Origin: Tetramitus jugosus
Taxonomy: Eukaryota; Protista; Heterolobosea
Length of the DNA stretch: 64,000 nt
Direction of reading: 5' to 3'
Assembly (NCBI GenBank): GCA_937625935.1
Contig: OW569383.1
Coordinates: 379,333 to 443,332, forward strand
This document shows, piece after piece, positions 35,801-50,800 of the stretch. Within the stretch, counting starts at the first letter, position 1; each line of letters starts with the position of its first letter. Position numbers and translations under genes: made by a program. The notes beneath the pieces were generated by a model. The model saw only the letters and a list, made by a program, of their open reading frames with translations. It was not told the origin of the DNA and made no database searches.

Positions 35801-38800
35801 CAATAGTTGAGTTAATACCTAATTGGCCTCTGCTGTTGGCTCCCCAGCACCAAACTTGTTTTTTCAAAGTGAGCGCACAGCTGAAATATTCACCACCAGA
35901 CACTTGAACAACAATTTCGGATTCTAATCCTGATACTTTAACGGGCACCAAGGATTTTACTGAGGGGTGCCCTTGACCTTGTTGACACCTCGAATCATCA
36001 CCCCAACTATATAAAGTACCATCGACTGTTGTTGCCAGTGAATGATAAGCACCAGCAAACACTGTAGCAGCATTTTTAATGCCAAATATACTTAGTACAC
36101 GAATTGGTCGACCACCTGACTTGATTGAATCTTGTGTTCCATCCCCCAGTTGACCCAGTTCGTTATGCCCCCATGAGTAGACTGAACCACTCGCACTTAG
36201 GCCCAAACAGTGAACTCTACCGCATGAAACAAAAGACATCTTGGTCGACTTGAGCGGCATTACTAAAACTGGTGATTGTGATGAAATGATTTGTTGTCCT
36301 ATTCCGAGCTGGCCTTGTTGGTTATTACCCCAACTGTACAATGAACCTCCAGTAGTTGTTACAATGACCGAAGAGTATCCAACTGCGACATGAGTTGCTG
36401 TAAGGTTCTTCTTGGAGAACTCAGTCAACACCAAGCTCGTTCTACTGACTGGTGTGTTGTCTCCCAATTGTCCTAAAGAGTTTGCTCCAACTGAGTACAT
36501 TCGACCATCACCACGAAGAATGATTGAGAATTCTTGACCTGCACCAACATATTGAACCGGAATGGTATTCAGGCTAATTGATTTGATGATTTTGTTTGTA
36601 CTATGTGTAGTTCCTTGAACTAATTCACCTTTGGATCCTTTTCCAGTTCCAAAAAGAAAGCCCATTGTAACTCCATCGCAGTTGCTTCCCTTGCGGTTCG
36701 GATGACAAACACAAGTATTATTTGGAATACAAACACCATGACCGGAGCAAACTGCTGGATCAATGTTGAGGATGCCATTGCAAGTCACGCCACTACAATC
36801 ACTCAACAAGAATTGATCTCTACACATGCAGCTATTATCATTCACACATTGTCCTCTTCCAGAACAAGAATTCTCATCATCTGCTAAAAATCCGAAGCAT
36901 GTCGTACCATTGTACAAAAATAGAGTGTGTTCGAATGAAGCAGCAATGTGATGAATAAATCTATGGGAATACCTGTTCACTACTGGTACTGGTAGAGATT
37001 CCATGCTTGAAATTTCACCATTTCCCAGCTGGCCAACATTGTTGATTCCCCAAGAGAGAGATGATCCATTTGATTTTAGGACAAACACGTAGTTACGCCC
37101 AGAAAATATCGATCTCGAATCTTGAATTCGCTCATCGTAGAGTCGTACAGGATATCTTCTACGCTGGATACTAGTGTGATTATCTCCTATTTGCCCTCGA
37201 GATGCCCCTCCCCAAGCAAATACTGATCCATCAGCAAAGATTACATAGGTGTTCTCTTCGGAACCACTAATGGAAATGGGCGTCTTACCCTTGAACTGAG
37301 AGTTCAAGAGAGGAGTGGGTGAATATCTATTGAAGGAAACACCATCACCTAGCTGACCGAATGAATTTGACCCCCATACATACAACAGTCCATACGGACC
37401 AATGCCGATGACATGGTTCCATCCAGAAGCCAGTTTCGAAATTACTATTTGATCAATTACACCGACTCCCACTTGCAAGGGTGTGGACGAGAGCTGATTA
37501 TCACCATTTCCTAATTGACCAGCATCATTTTGACCCCAAGCATATACGGTTCCATCGTCGATAAGAACTGCCGTGTGAGCTTCTCCACATACTGTTTGAA
37601 CCACTTTCCGACCCTGAAGATCTCCGGATACGAGAACTGGTTCATGCTTGTCAGCAAAGTCTCCCAAACCCAACTGACCTCGATAGTTGTATCCCCAAGT
37701 ATAGACTTGTCCATTAGAATCCACAATGACAGTATGAGCGACACCATTACATCCTGTGACTGCCTTTACGCCACTCAATCCTAAAGGTGCTGTCGGTAAT
37801 AATCTTGTTATGGTTGTTCCATCTCCCAATTGACCTCTATCGTTCAGACCCCAACCAAACACTTCACCAGTTACAGTAATTGCGATGGAATAGTCCTTAC
37901 CAGAAGAGACATGAGAAACAACAGTGCCAAATAGCTCACCTCCAACAGCAACCGGATGTTTTTGTGGTAAGTTATAACCATTTCCTAATTGGCCAATTGA
38001 TCCTTTACCCAAACTAAAGGCATATCCATTTACTACTTGACTACAATCATCACCAATATATCCGGGAAGACAAACACACGAATCAGCTGCAAGGCATGCT
38101 CCTCGACCAGAACACACCCGAGTATCGTTAGGATAATAATTGAAACAATAGAATCCACTACAATCTGGGGCATTATAGTCCGGAGGACACTCACAGTGGT
38201 CTTGAGCAGTACAATTGCCTTGAGAGGAACAAACACTTGGATCGTCCGCGAATTTCCCAAAGCACGCAGTACCATTGAACAAGTAGAAAGTAAAGTTGTC
38301 ACCAGAAGCGACAGTAGTAGGATATATATTTGGAAATTGTTGTTGAACTTGCACCACGCTTCCTACTATAGTTTCGCTGTAGTTACCATTTCCAAGTTGA
38401 CCGAATGAATTTTCACCCCAAGAGAACAAGGTTCGATTATTGGTTAGCACATGAACAAATGATTCTCTTGCACTCACTCCTAAAATACGAACATCCGGCA
38501 AAACTGTTACCAAAGTGGGATTTTTTTTGCTCGTAGTTGTTCCATCACCTAGTTGGCCATGCCTGTTGTTACCCCAGCTATATAGTGAATTACTCATAGT
38601 TATTGCCATCGAAAAAGAGGAACTAGCAGTGACTTGTGACACTGGTTTTCCATACAAACCAGGAATCTGTATTGGCAAAAACTTGTCGATGTTTGTGGTA
38701 TCTCCCAGTTGGGATTTGTCGTTCAGTCCCCAACTATACACAGCTCCATCCGAATCTAAGGCCAAAGAATGGAACTTACCAGCTGCAATCTGAATAATTC

Positions 38801-41800
38801 TTTTCCTGGTCAAAATAGCTCCGACTTTAACAGGTGTGTACTTTGATACAAAATCTCCAATTCCCAATTCTCCATCAAGGTTGAAACCCCAAGTGTATAC
38901 GGATCCATTGAAAGAAAGTGCCATGCTGTGGTATCCTCCACAAGCGATTGCAACAATGTCTTCTGTCAATAATTCACCGGTGACCTGAGTTGGAGTCAAT
39001 TGCAAATCTTGAGGAGAGTTCATACCTATCTGGCCGTATTGATTGGAGCCCCAAGCGAAAACAGTTCCGTTACTATCTAGGGCCATTGCGTGATTGATAC
39101 CACCACATAGTCCAATAATCGTCGAACCAGAGAGAATATGTTGTTGAACTCCTTTTGATATAGTTGTTCCGTCACCAAGTTGGCCATGCCAATTTTTACC
39201 CCATGAGTAAATCTCGCCACTCACCGTCTTTATGAGAGAATACTCGTAAGAAGGAGCCACTAAATTAACTGGTGTAGAATAGAAGAGAGTTGATCTCTCA
39301 ACAGTAGGACGAAAGCCTATACCTCTTACACCTAACTGAGCGAACGAATCTTGACCCGAAGCGTACAGATAACCGTATGACTCCACTTCACAATTCGATC
39401 CCGAGAAGCCCTGGAAGCAAACGCAAGTATCTAACGAAAGGCATCTTCCGTGTCCAGAGCATACATTAGGCTCTGTCGCGTTCACTCCAGAACATTGTGC
39501 CACACTGCAGTCTTTTCCTCCGTAAGTAAAAGCACATTCGCATCGGTCCAACGCAGTGCAATTGCCTCTCCATGAACATACAGATGGATCATCAAATAAT
39601 ATTCCAAAACAAGATAGTCCAGAATACAAAAATAGTGAATGTGTTGTTCCAGCAGACACACTTGTAATGTATCTTTCAGGGATTGTGTTACCGACTGCCG
39701 AGGAGTAATTTCGACTCATAAATGTATAATCTCCCAACTGACCATTTGAATTGACACCCCAACCATGTGCTGTTCCGTTTGATACAACCAGAATTAAAAA
39801 GTTGGCATTCTTTCCCACTGAAATTGACAGAATAGGATGATCAATATCTAATGATACAATTTCAGGATAGTTGCGAGAAATGACGACAGAATTCTCTCCC
39901 AATTGTGCACTCGGAGTATTGGACCCCCATGAGAACAGAGAACCATTTCGCAAGAGGGTGTACGAGCTCTCGATACCAGCAGCAATAGCTATGACTGGTT
40001 CCTTGCCAAAAACATCATTAGAATGAACTCTATATGGCAAACTCCTACTCTTCGTTGTACCGTCTCCTAATTGACCCATGTTATTTCTACCCCACGAGTA
40101 GACGGATCCATCTTCATTCAGTGCTAGAGTATGATAATTACCTGCTGCTACCATCACTATTTTCTTTATATTGAGCACACCTCCGACGACAGTAGGGAAA
40201 GAAACAACATTCATATTGTTCCCGATTCCTAATTCGCCAAACGTATTACTTCCCCAGGCGAACACTCTACCTGATGCTGAAATAGCTAGTGAATGAGTAT
40301 GACCACAAGCAATATCCACAATTGTTTCCAAAGCAAAGTACTGTGTGATATTGACAGGTACTAAAGAAGGCTCAGTATTTCCAGTACCCAATTGTCCATG
40401 AGTGTTAGTGCCCCAGGAATAAACTTGGTGATTTGAATCAACGGCTAATGTGTAGCCTGAACATGCAACGAGCCGTATGATAGATTTGTCCTCAAAAAGT
40501 TGAATCGGATAGTATCGAGTGTAAGTTGTATTGTCACCAAGTTGTCCTTGGTCATTATTCCCAAAAGCAAACACGCCTCGATCTAAACTGACAGCATATG
40601 AACTGCCTGCCCCAGCACTGACAAAGCGAATTTTCTGATCTGTCAATAAACTTGCCTGTCTGGGGTAATTTCGTGATATAAAGAATCCATCCCCCAATTG
40701 AGAACTAGTATCATCTCCTGAAGCAAACATAAATTGTTGATCAGTGCTGTTGCATGTAGTACCGTAATGACCGGAATCACAAATGCATGTATCTTCGTAT
40801 AAACACGATCCATGTCCAGAACAAACTAAAGGATGCGTTGCTGGAAGTCCATGACATGTAGCGATCGAGCAATTTGTGCCACCATAATCTCCCATACAAA
40901 GGCAGAAGTCATCGGATGTGCATATTCCCCGGAAAGAGCACACACTGACATCATCGGCCAGAACTCCATCACAGAATATTCCATGATATATCATTAACGA
41001 ATGAGAAGTTCCTGATGCAAATGAGAGAACAGAACTACTTTGATATTCTTGTCGATGCATTTTGAACGGATATGAGATGATCGATGATACATTACTTATG
41101 GTCAAGTGCCTGTTGGCATTGTTTCCCCAAGCATAACTCAATCCATCACTTGTTGTGACTTGAACACTGTCTGACCAAACACTTGCTGAAAGAACTGTGA
41201 TATTTTGAATTCCAATGACTCTCACAGGTGTTGTTGACATTGGAATTGTTGAATTGATTCCAAGTTGACCGAATGAATTGTCACCCCAAGCATACAAGAA
41301 TCCATCTTCAGCAACTGCGTAAGCTGTTTGTCTTCCTGCTGCAATTTTCTTGACTGATAATCTCTTCAGCAGACCACCAACACGTCTGGCATGATAAGTA
41401 TCTGTGCGAGTTGTTGTTCCATCTGCTATCTGACCTTTCGAATTGTCACCCCACACAAATACTTCACCTCTATCTGTCAGTGCCATTGAATAACTCTCAC
41501 CTGCTGCAATTGATATCACTTTCTCAAATCCAAGCAATTCTCCATGGCCAGCATTTGCTTGAATCTTTCTTGTTTGTGTCAATGATGAATCATATTCGGA
41601 AAGACCGCCAATTTGGGTCTTGTCATTCTGTCCCCAACCATAAACACTACCATTTGTCGTTCGGATCAATAGATGTTGATTTCCACAGGCCAACTCTTCA
41701 ACTTTTCCTCCTCCGAAATTGTCCGAGGGAAGGGCGAGTGTGTGAGGGAGAGCAGAATTTTTTCCCCAGTAGAATATTTTCTCTCGATCGTCCGTTAGAG

Positions 41801-44800
41801 CAAACGCATGCGAAGCGCCAACACACACGTGCACAAATTTTGAACCACCCAAGATTCTAACTGGACGATTTCGATTTGTGAATGAGCCATCACCCAACAG
41901 CGACAACAAACTTGTGCCACCTCGACCCCAGGAGTACAATTCTCCTTCTATCGAAACTGCAAACGAATTCTCTGGTCCAGCAGACACATGTTTCACAAAC
42001 TTTGCGTGGGTCAATGGATAAGCTGTTTGAACAGCAACTGTCTGACTGAAATAATAATCGTCGCCCAATTGTCCCCAATTATTGGTTCCTGTCGCATATA
42101 ACAATCCATACACGATATCCTCACACTGAAGACCCGAGTGTTGGAAGGAACAAGAACATGTGTCAAGGGCAACGCAATGACCTTTACCACCGCATACATG
42201 GGGATCAGTCGCACGCAATCCAAAACAAACATTGATGCTGCAATCATTGCCCAAATATCCTGCATCACACAAGCATTCATCTGGTCCTACACACGATCCT
42301 CTCCTTGAACAAGCATTCTCATCATCTGAAAGAATTCCAAAACAATATGTTCCATTGTAAATCATCAATGAATGAGCACTTCCAGATGAGAATGAAACAA
42401 TGAAGCTTGTTTGATTCTCAAATCTGACAGTGGGATGAGGAAACAGCACTTTGGGCATTGTTGTTTGCAAACTCAAGTGCCTGTTGGCATTGTTTCCCCA
42501 CGCATAACTAATCCCATCACTTGTTGTGACTTGAACACTGTCTGACCAAACACTTGCTGAAAGCACGGTGATGTTTTGAATTCCAATGACTCTCACAGGT
42601 GTTGTTGACATTGGAATTGTTGAATTGATTCCAAGTTGACCGAATGAATTGTCACCCCAAGCATACAAGAATCCATCTTCTGCAACTGCATAAGCTGTTT
42701 GCCTTCCTGCTGCAATTTGTTTGACTGATAATCTCTTCAGAAGACCACCAACTCTTCTTGCATGATAAGTATCTGTGTTGCTTATTGTTCCATCTGCTAT
42801 TTGACCTCTCGAATTGTCACCCCACACAAATACTTCACCTCTATCTGTCAGTGCCATTGAATAACTCTCACCTGCTGCAATTGATATCACTTTCTCAAAT
42901 CCAAGCAATTCTCCTCTACTTTCGTTCCCTTGTACTGGGCAAGGAGTATCGAGCTGCCCACTGTACCACACTTGTTCTCCGAGTTGATGATGAAGGTTAT
43001 TACCCCAACCATACACCTTACCGTTTGATGTTAGAAGAAGTGTATGTTGAGCTCCACATACCAGAGTCTTGATCGTTGTGTCGACATAATTCTCCATGGG
43101 TGGGCGAAGCACAGATGGAAGGTTGCTATTTCCTCCCCAACTGAGAACACTGTTGTTTCCTGAGGCTGCAGCTACATATCTTGCACTTGCGCAAGCTGCA
43201 ACAATATTGTACCCGTTTAAGATCGTCTTGGGACGATTTCTTTGGGTCACTGAACCATCTCCCAGTAGACTTGACGCACCCACACTTCCTCGACCCCATG
43301 AATAGAGCACCTCAGCTACAGTGAGAGCGAATGAATTGTCAGAGCTCGTAGTCAAGAACTCAGCATACTCACCGTAGGACAATGGAAACCATGTTTGAAC
43401 AGGAAGCAGGCGATCAACAGAATAGTCATCACCAAGTTGACCATGGCTATTATCACCCACGGCATACACAAGACCAAACACTGGCTTGTCACATTTAATT
43501 CCCAGGAACTGGGAGTCGCATGAGCAAGAGTCTAGAGCAACACAATGTCCATTTCCAGAGCAAATGTCAGGATCAGTCGCATTCAATCCATAACACACAT
43601 TGATGCTGCAATCATTGCCCAAGTATCCTGCATCACACAAGCATTCATCTGGACCAACACATGCTCCTCTCCTTGAACAAGCATTCTCATCATCTGAAAG
43701 AATTCCAAAACAATATGTTCCATTGTAAATCATCAATGAATGAGCACTTCCTGATGAGAATGAAACAATGAAGCTTGTTTGATTCTCAAATCTGACAGTG
43801 GGATGAGGAAACAGCACTTTGGACATTGTTGTTTCCAAACTCAAGTGCCTGTTGGCATTGTTTCCCCAAGCATAACTCAGTCCATCACTTGTTGTGACTT
43901 GAACACTGTCTGACCAAACACTTGCTGAAAGCACGGTGATGTTTTGAATTCCAATGACTCTCACAGGTGTTGTTGACATTGGAATTGTTGAATTGATTCC
44001 AAGTTGACCGAATGAATTGTCACCCCAAGCATACAAGAATCCATCTTCAGCAACTGCATAAGCTGTTTGCCTTCCTGCTGCAATTTTCTTGACTGACAAT
44101 CTCTTCAGAAGACCACCAACTCTTCTTGCATGATAAGTATCTGTGTTGCTTATTGTTCCATCTGCTATTTGACCTCTCGAATTGTCACCCCACACAAATA
44201 CTTCACCTCTATCTGTCAGTGCCATTGAATAACTCTCACCTGCTGCAATTGATATCACTTTCTCAAATCCAAGCAATTCCCCTCGATTTGCAGTTGCTTG
44301 AATGAGAGTGATGGAACTGATTGAACTGCCAATTTGACCCAATTGATTATACTTATTGGTTCCAAATCCATACACTCGCCCTTTAGATGTTCGAATCAGA
44401 GTATGTTGCCATCCACAAGCCAATTCCATCACTGTGGAGTTGTCATAGTTGTTTGAAGGCGCTGATCGAATTGTTGGAACTGCACCGTTGCTTCCCCAGA
44501 CATATATCATGTTGTCTTGAGTGACAGCAACGGCATAGTCAACACTTGAGCACATGTGAATGACATGAGAATGGTCATTCATTATTCTCACCGGTCTGCG
44601 TCTAAGTGATATTGTACCATCTCCCAACAATCCTCTATTGACATTGACTGAATCACCACGACCCCATGAGTACAGTGATCCTTCCAATGTCAGTGCATAT
44701 GATGTTTGATTTCCTGCTTCAATACACTTTACGTACGCACCATGACTCAAGGGATAGAAAGTTTGTGTTGGAAGAATGCGCTGTGGATCATCAAAGTCAT

Positions 44801-47800
44801 CTCCCAGTTGACCATATTGATTGTTGCCAATGGCATACAAAATGCCATAGGATGATAATTCACACTTGGCACCTGTTGTAAAGACTTCACAACTGCATGT
44901 ATCAAGCGCAACACAATATCCCTTACCACTGCATACATTAGGATCAGTCGAATTTAATCCATAACAAACATTGATGCTGCAATCATTGCCCAAGTATCCT
45001 GCATCACACAAGCATTCATCTGGACCAACACATGCTCCTCTTCTCGAGCAAGCATTCTCATCATCTGAAAGAATTCCAAAACAATATGTTCCATTGTAAA
45101 TTATCAATGCATGAGCACTTCCAGATGAGAATGAAACAATGAAGCTTGTTTGATTCTCGAATCTGAAAGTTGGATGAGGGAACAGCACTTTGGGCATTGT
45201 TGTTTGCAAACTCAAGTGCCTGTTGGCATTGTTTCCCCACGCATAACTAATCCCATCACTTGTTGTGACTTGAACACTGTCTGACCAAACACTTGCTGAA
45301 AGCACGGTGATGTTTTGAATTCCAATGACTCTCACAGGTGTTGTTGACATTGGAATTGTTGAATTGATTCCAAGTTGACCGAATGAATTGTCACCCCAAG
45401 CATACAAGAATCCATCTTCTGCAATTGCATAAGCTGTTTGTCTTCCTGCTGCGATACGAATCGCTGCATTCTTTTGAAATTGATGCTCGACCTTTCTACC
45501 ATTGGAAGTCACAGAATTACTCACTGCATCGCTTGCTACTTGCCCTCTTGAGTTGTCACCCCACACAAATACCTCGCCTCTGTCAGTCAACGCCATTGAA
45601 TAGTGATTTCCTGCCGCGATAGATACTACTTTTTTGAGACCAAGTAACTCACCGTTGTAGGCATCTCCTTGAATCTTCGTTGGTACTGAGACTGTTTGAC
45701 CATACAAAACATGGTCACCCAATTGTTCAAACTGGTTACTTCCCAATCCATAGATAGAGCCGTTTGTAGTGCGAAGTAAGACATGTTCTCCACCACATTC
45801 CAACTGGGTGATGAAGTCTCTCCCATCAAGCGTATTGAGTGGAGCCGCTGAGAGAGTGTTATCCCACTTGAATAACAAATTATCTTCGGTAATTGCGATA
45901 CCGAAAGTAAGGCAAGAACAAGCACGAAGAATACGTGGTGTATTCGGTAGGATTGGATATGGCCGATTTATCATACTTACTGAACTATCTCCAAGCCGTC
46001 CTCTACCCCAAGAGTACAACTTGTTAGCCATGGTGACAGCATAGGAGTTTTGGTCACCAGCTACTAACGACTGTGCATACTCACCGTAAGACAATGGAAA
46101 CCATGTTTGAACAGGAAGCAGGCGATCAACAGAATAGTCATCACCAAGTTGACCATGGCTATTATCACCCACGGCATACACAAGACCAAACACTGGCTTG
46201 TCACATTTAATTCCCAGGAACTGGGAGTCGCATGAGCAAGAGTCTAGAGCAACACAATGTCCATTTCCAGAGCAAATGTCAGGATCAGTCGCATTCATTC
46301 CATAACAAACATTGATGCTGCAATCATTGCCCAAATATCCTTCATCACACAAGCATTCATCTGGCCCAACACATGCTCCTCTCCTTGAACAAGCATTCTC
46401 ATCATCTGAAAGAATTCCAAAACAATATGTTCCATCATAAATCATCATGGAATGAGATTCTCCTGCAGAAATCCCAACGATAACACTTGTTTGAATATTA
46501 GACGCAAAGATCTTAAGTGGGTAGAAAAGCACATCTGTCGTTGTATTCAGTATTAAGTGCCTGTTGGCATTGTTTCCCCAAGCATAACTCAATCCATCAC
46601 TTGTTGTGACTTGAACACTGTCTGACCAAACACTTGCTGAAAGCACGGTGATGTTTTGAATTCCAATGACTCTCACAGGTGTTGTTGACATTGGAATTGT
46701 TGAGTTGATTCCAAGTTGACCGAATGAATTGTCACCCCATGCATACAAGAATCCATCTTCAGCAACTGCATAAGCTGTTTGTCTTCCTGCTGCAATTTTC
46801 TTGACTGACAATCTCTTCAGAAGACCACCAACTCTTCTTGCATGATAAGTATCTGTGCTACTTGTTGTTCCATCTGCAATCTGACCTCTCGAATTGTCAC
46901 CCCACACAAATACTTCACCTCTATCTGTCAGTGCCATGGAGTACCTTTCACCTGCTGCAATTGATATCACTCTCTCAAATCCAAGCAATTCTCCTTGACT
47001 CACATTCGCCTGAACAAGTGTGATTCTATCTATGTCCGCTCCATACACGTATTTGTGACCCAGCTGTTGGAAGTCATTCAAGCCGTATCCGTATACTCGG
47101 CCAGTATTTGTTCTGACCAATACATGATCAGTACCACAAGCACACTCAACAACCAATTCTTCAACGCCTTTGTCTTCTGAGTAGGTTAGAACTGTGGGGA
47201 GATTGTAACCTGTTCCCCAAATAGTAGTATTATGGCGAGTAAGTGCAATCGCAAAACCCTTTGCCGCACAAGCTTGAAGCACTTGTTTTGTGTTTGTCAT
47301 AATCCTAACAGGTCTGTTTCTTTGAATACTACCGTCTCCAAGGAGAGACCCACCAGAGCCCCCAAGTCCCCAAGAGTAAAGTTCCCCTTTTGTCGTGATA
47401 GCGAAGGAAGTGTGCCTACCCGTTGCGACATAGGAAACGTGAACCCCATTAGTAAGGGGGTACGAGGTTGGAGATGGGATAGAAATGTACAAGTCATCAA
47501 GGTTAATACCTAACTGCCCGTAATCATTATGGCCAACAGCATACAGAAGGCCGTGAACGGACTCGTTGCATCTGGAGCCTAAATACATTGTTTGACAAGA
47601 ACAAGTGTCCTGGGCGACACATGCTCCGTGACTCGAGCAGACTCTCGGGTCAGTGTGGTTTTTACCGAAGCAGATATTGGTGCTGCAATCATTGCCCAAA
47701 TATCCTTCATCACACAAGCATTCATCTGGCCCAACACATGCTCCTCTCCTTGAACATGCATTCTCATCATCCGAAAGAATTCCAAAACAATATGTTCCAT

Positions 47801-50800
47801 TGTAAATCATCAATGAGTGAGCACTTCCTGATGAGAATGAAACAATGAAGCTCGTTTGATTCTCAAATCTGAAAGTTGGATGAGGGAACAGCACTTTGGA
47901 CATTGTTGTTTCCAAACTCAAGTGCTTGTTGGCATTGTTTCCCCAAGCATAACTCAGTCCATCACTTGTTGTGACTTGAACACTGTCTGACCAAACACTT
48001 GCTGAAAGCACGGTGATGTTTTGAATTCCAATGACTCTCACAGGTGTTGTTGACATTGGAATTGTTGAGTTGATTCCGAGCTGACCGAATGAATTGTCAC
48101 CCCATGCATACAAGAATCCATCTTCAGCAACTGCATAAGCTGTTTGTCTTCCTGCTGCAATTTTCTTGACTGACAATCTTTTCAGTGGACCACCTACACA
48201 TCTGGCATGGGTTGTGGAACTAACTCCATCACTCGCAACCTGACCTCGTGAATTATCTCCCCAAACATATACCTCTCCCTGATCTGTCAACCCCATTGAA
48301 AATGCCTCCCCCGCTGCTACTTGAATGAAAAAGATGTTGGCCAGTGCTTCTCCGAGTGCCACATTTGATTGCTGTTCTACTGGTATACTCACAGTGGTAC
48401 CGTAGACCCTACTGTCCCCTACTTGGTGGATCCAATTGCGTCCCCAACCGTAGACTTTGCCTGTTGAGACGAGCAACAGCGCGTGTTGAGAACCACATTC
48501 TAACCCCACGACCCGCCCACCATTGTATTTGCTTGAAGATGAGGGCAAAATAGATGGAGAATTTGCATTCATGCCCCAAACATACACTGTATTATCGCTG
48601 GTCAAAGCTAGTACGAAAGTCAATCCAACACAAGAATCAACAACCTGAGGCATTGCTTTCAGAATTCTCACTGGTCGATTTCGTTGAGTCGTAGTTCCAT
48701 CTCCCAAGAGACCAAGCCAATTATTTATAGAGGTACCTGAACCCCATGAATATATTTCTCCATCCACAGTTAGGGCGAAGGAGTTTTCTATGCTCGCTTC
48801 CACTTGTTTAACATACTTCTTTGTGAGTGGATAGTAGGTTTTCGTAGCAGGTAAGTAGCGAGTTCCATCATAGAAATCATCTCCTAGTTGGCCTTTGTCA
48901 TTCCTTCCAAGAGAGTACAAGAGGCCAAACATTGATACTTCGCACCTCTCTCCTGAAAAGAACGTGTCACAGGAGCATGAGTTATAATCGACACAGACAC
49001 CACTTCCAGAGCAAACATCTGGATGACTCTCATTTAATCCAAAACATACATTTATGTTACAATCAAGACCTAAGTAACCTGGTGAACAGACACATTCATC
49101 TGAAGATACACATGATCCTCTTGAGGAGCACACCTCATCATGTTCAGATAGAGTACCAAAACAGAAAGTGCCGTTGACTAACACTATAGAATGAGTCGAA
49201 GAGGCTTCAGCTCCGACAATAAAACTAGAATTATAAGGGTTTGATACTAAAGTTGGTGTTTTTGCAGAAAAGTTGGTCTCATCTCCCAATTGAAACGCTG
49301 AATTGTCTCCAAATCCCACCGCCGATCCATTTTTTAAAGTCACCAAAACATAATTGCTCCATTTTCCGGTCGTGATGAGCAAAGCATTTTCAATAGAAGT
49401 AAGGGTTGGAGATCTATGAGAGAGAGATGAGTTAGTTCCCAATTGGCCGACCTCATTTCCGCCCCAGGACAAGAGTTGCCCTTCCGATGTGATGGCATAC
49501 GAGGAATCTGCGCCGGCAGAAATGCTTACAACTTTCTTCCTCAAAAGCAATCCTTTCACTTGACGCGGATGTCTATTGTTAATTAATGTTCCATCCCCCA
49601 ATTGACCGTCTGAATTCCGTCCCCAAGAGTAGACATCCCCTCTGTTGGTCAAGGCTAAGCTATGGTACTGTCCAGCGGATACCGAGATAACGTGCACATC
49701 AGAGAGTACTCCCTTGATAGGGCTAAAAGCTCCTACCCTCACAGGAACAGTTTCTATCTTGTCTCTCCCATAACCAACGGCACCATAGGACGAATCATCA
49801 CCAAATCCCCACACTTGACCCTCTTGTGTTAAAACCAATGTATGCAGATGACCACAAGCCACTTGTACCGGTGTTCCTGTAATTCCAGACAACAGTTGTG
49901 GAGAACTATTATTTGCAGAGTTACCTATACCCATTTGTCCAGAGATAAGTCCCGACGTTGTTCCGTTGGCAGTATTGAACCCCCACGAATATACCTCGTT
50001 GGTGCTCGCTATTGCTACTGTATGATATGTACCACTACAGATACTCAACACTTTTTTGTTCAGCCAAACTCTGCTTGGATAGTGTCTGTTTGAGATTGTT
50101 CCAGTGCCTAATCTGAAATGGGAACCACTTCCCCAAGCAAATAAATCTCCTTGTGTAGAAATGGCGAACGAAAGATCAGATCCAGAAGAGATTTGTTGGA
50201 TTATTGTTTTTCTCAAGGATTCATAGGGTCTCACCCACTTAGTAGCGGGTATTGAATCACCAGTTCCTAGTTGACCGAGATGGTTGTTTCCTACAGAGAT
50301 CAAAGTACCAGAGGCACGCTGTTCGCAATTGTTTCCCGCGTAACCCACAAAACATTTGCATGTATCATATGCAATGCATGTACCATGACCCGAGCAAACT
50401 TCAGACTGAGTGTTGTTGTACTGACGACAAGTCGTAAACTGACAAGATTCACCATAATAATTTTGGTCACATTCGCAAGTGTCGGTGTCTGTGCAGTTCC
50501 CTCGAGTTGAACATGCCATCGTATCATCCATAGGATAATCAAAACAGAAGGTAGTGTTGAAGAGGACAATACTAAACACATTCCCAGTGGATGCGGCTAC
50601 AATTTTTCGATCCTTGAAGGGGTGTACAACGGGAGTTGGGACCGTCTTTGAGATTGTAGAACCATCCACTGCCTGCCCTTGAGAATTCAATCCCCAAGAG
50701 AAGGCGGAGCCATCAGCTGAAATAGCTATAATCGTTTGATGACTTGCACTCACAGAGACTATCTTCACCCCAATTAATCCAGAAACTAGAGTAGGATACA

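Noticed and set aside
41101-48185. CRISPR-like or DGR (template/variable repeat) interpretation of constant and variable alternation
   Set aside because: Repeats are hundreds of bp, in frame within one eukaryotic exon; differences are not evidently adenine-specific, and no cas or reverse transcriptase gene is present.
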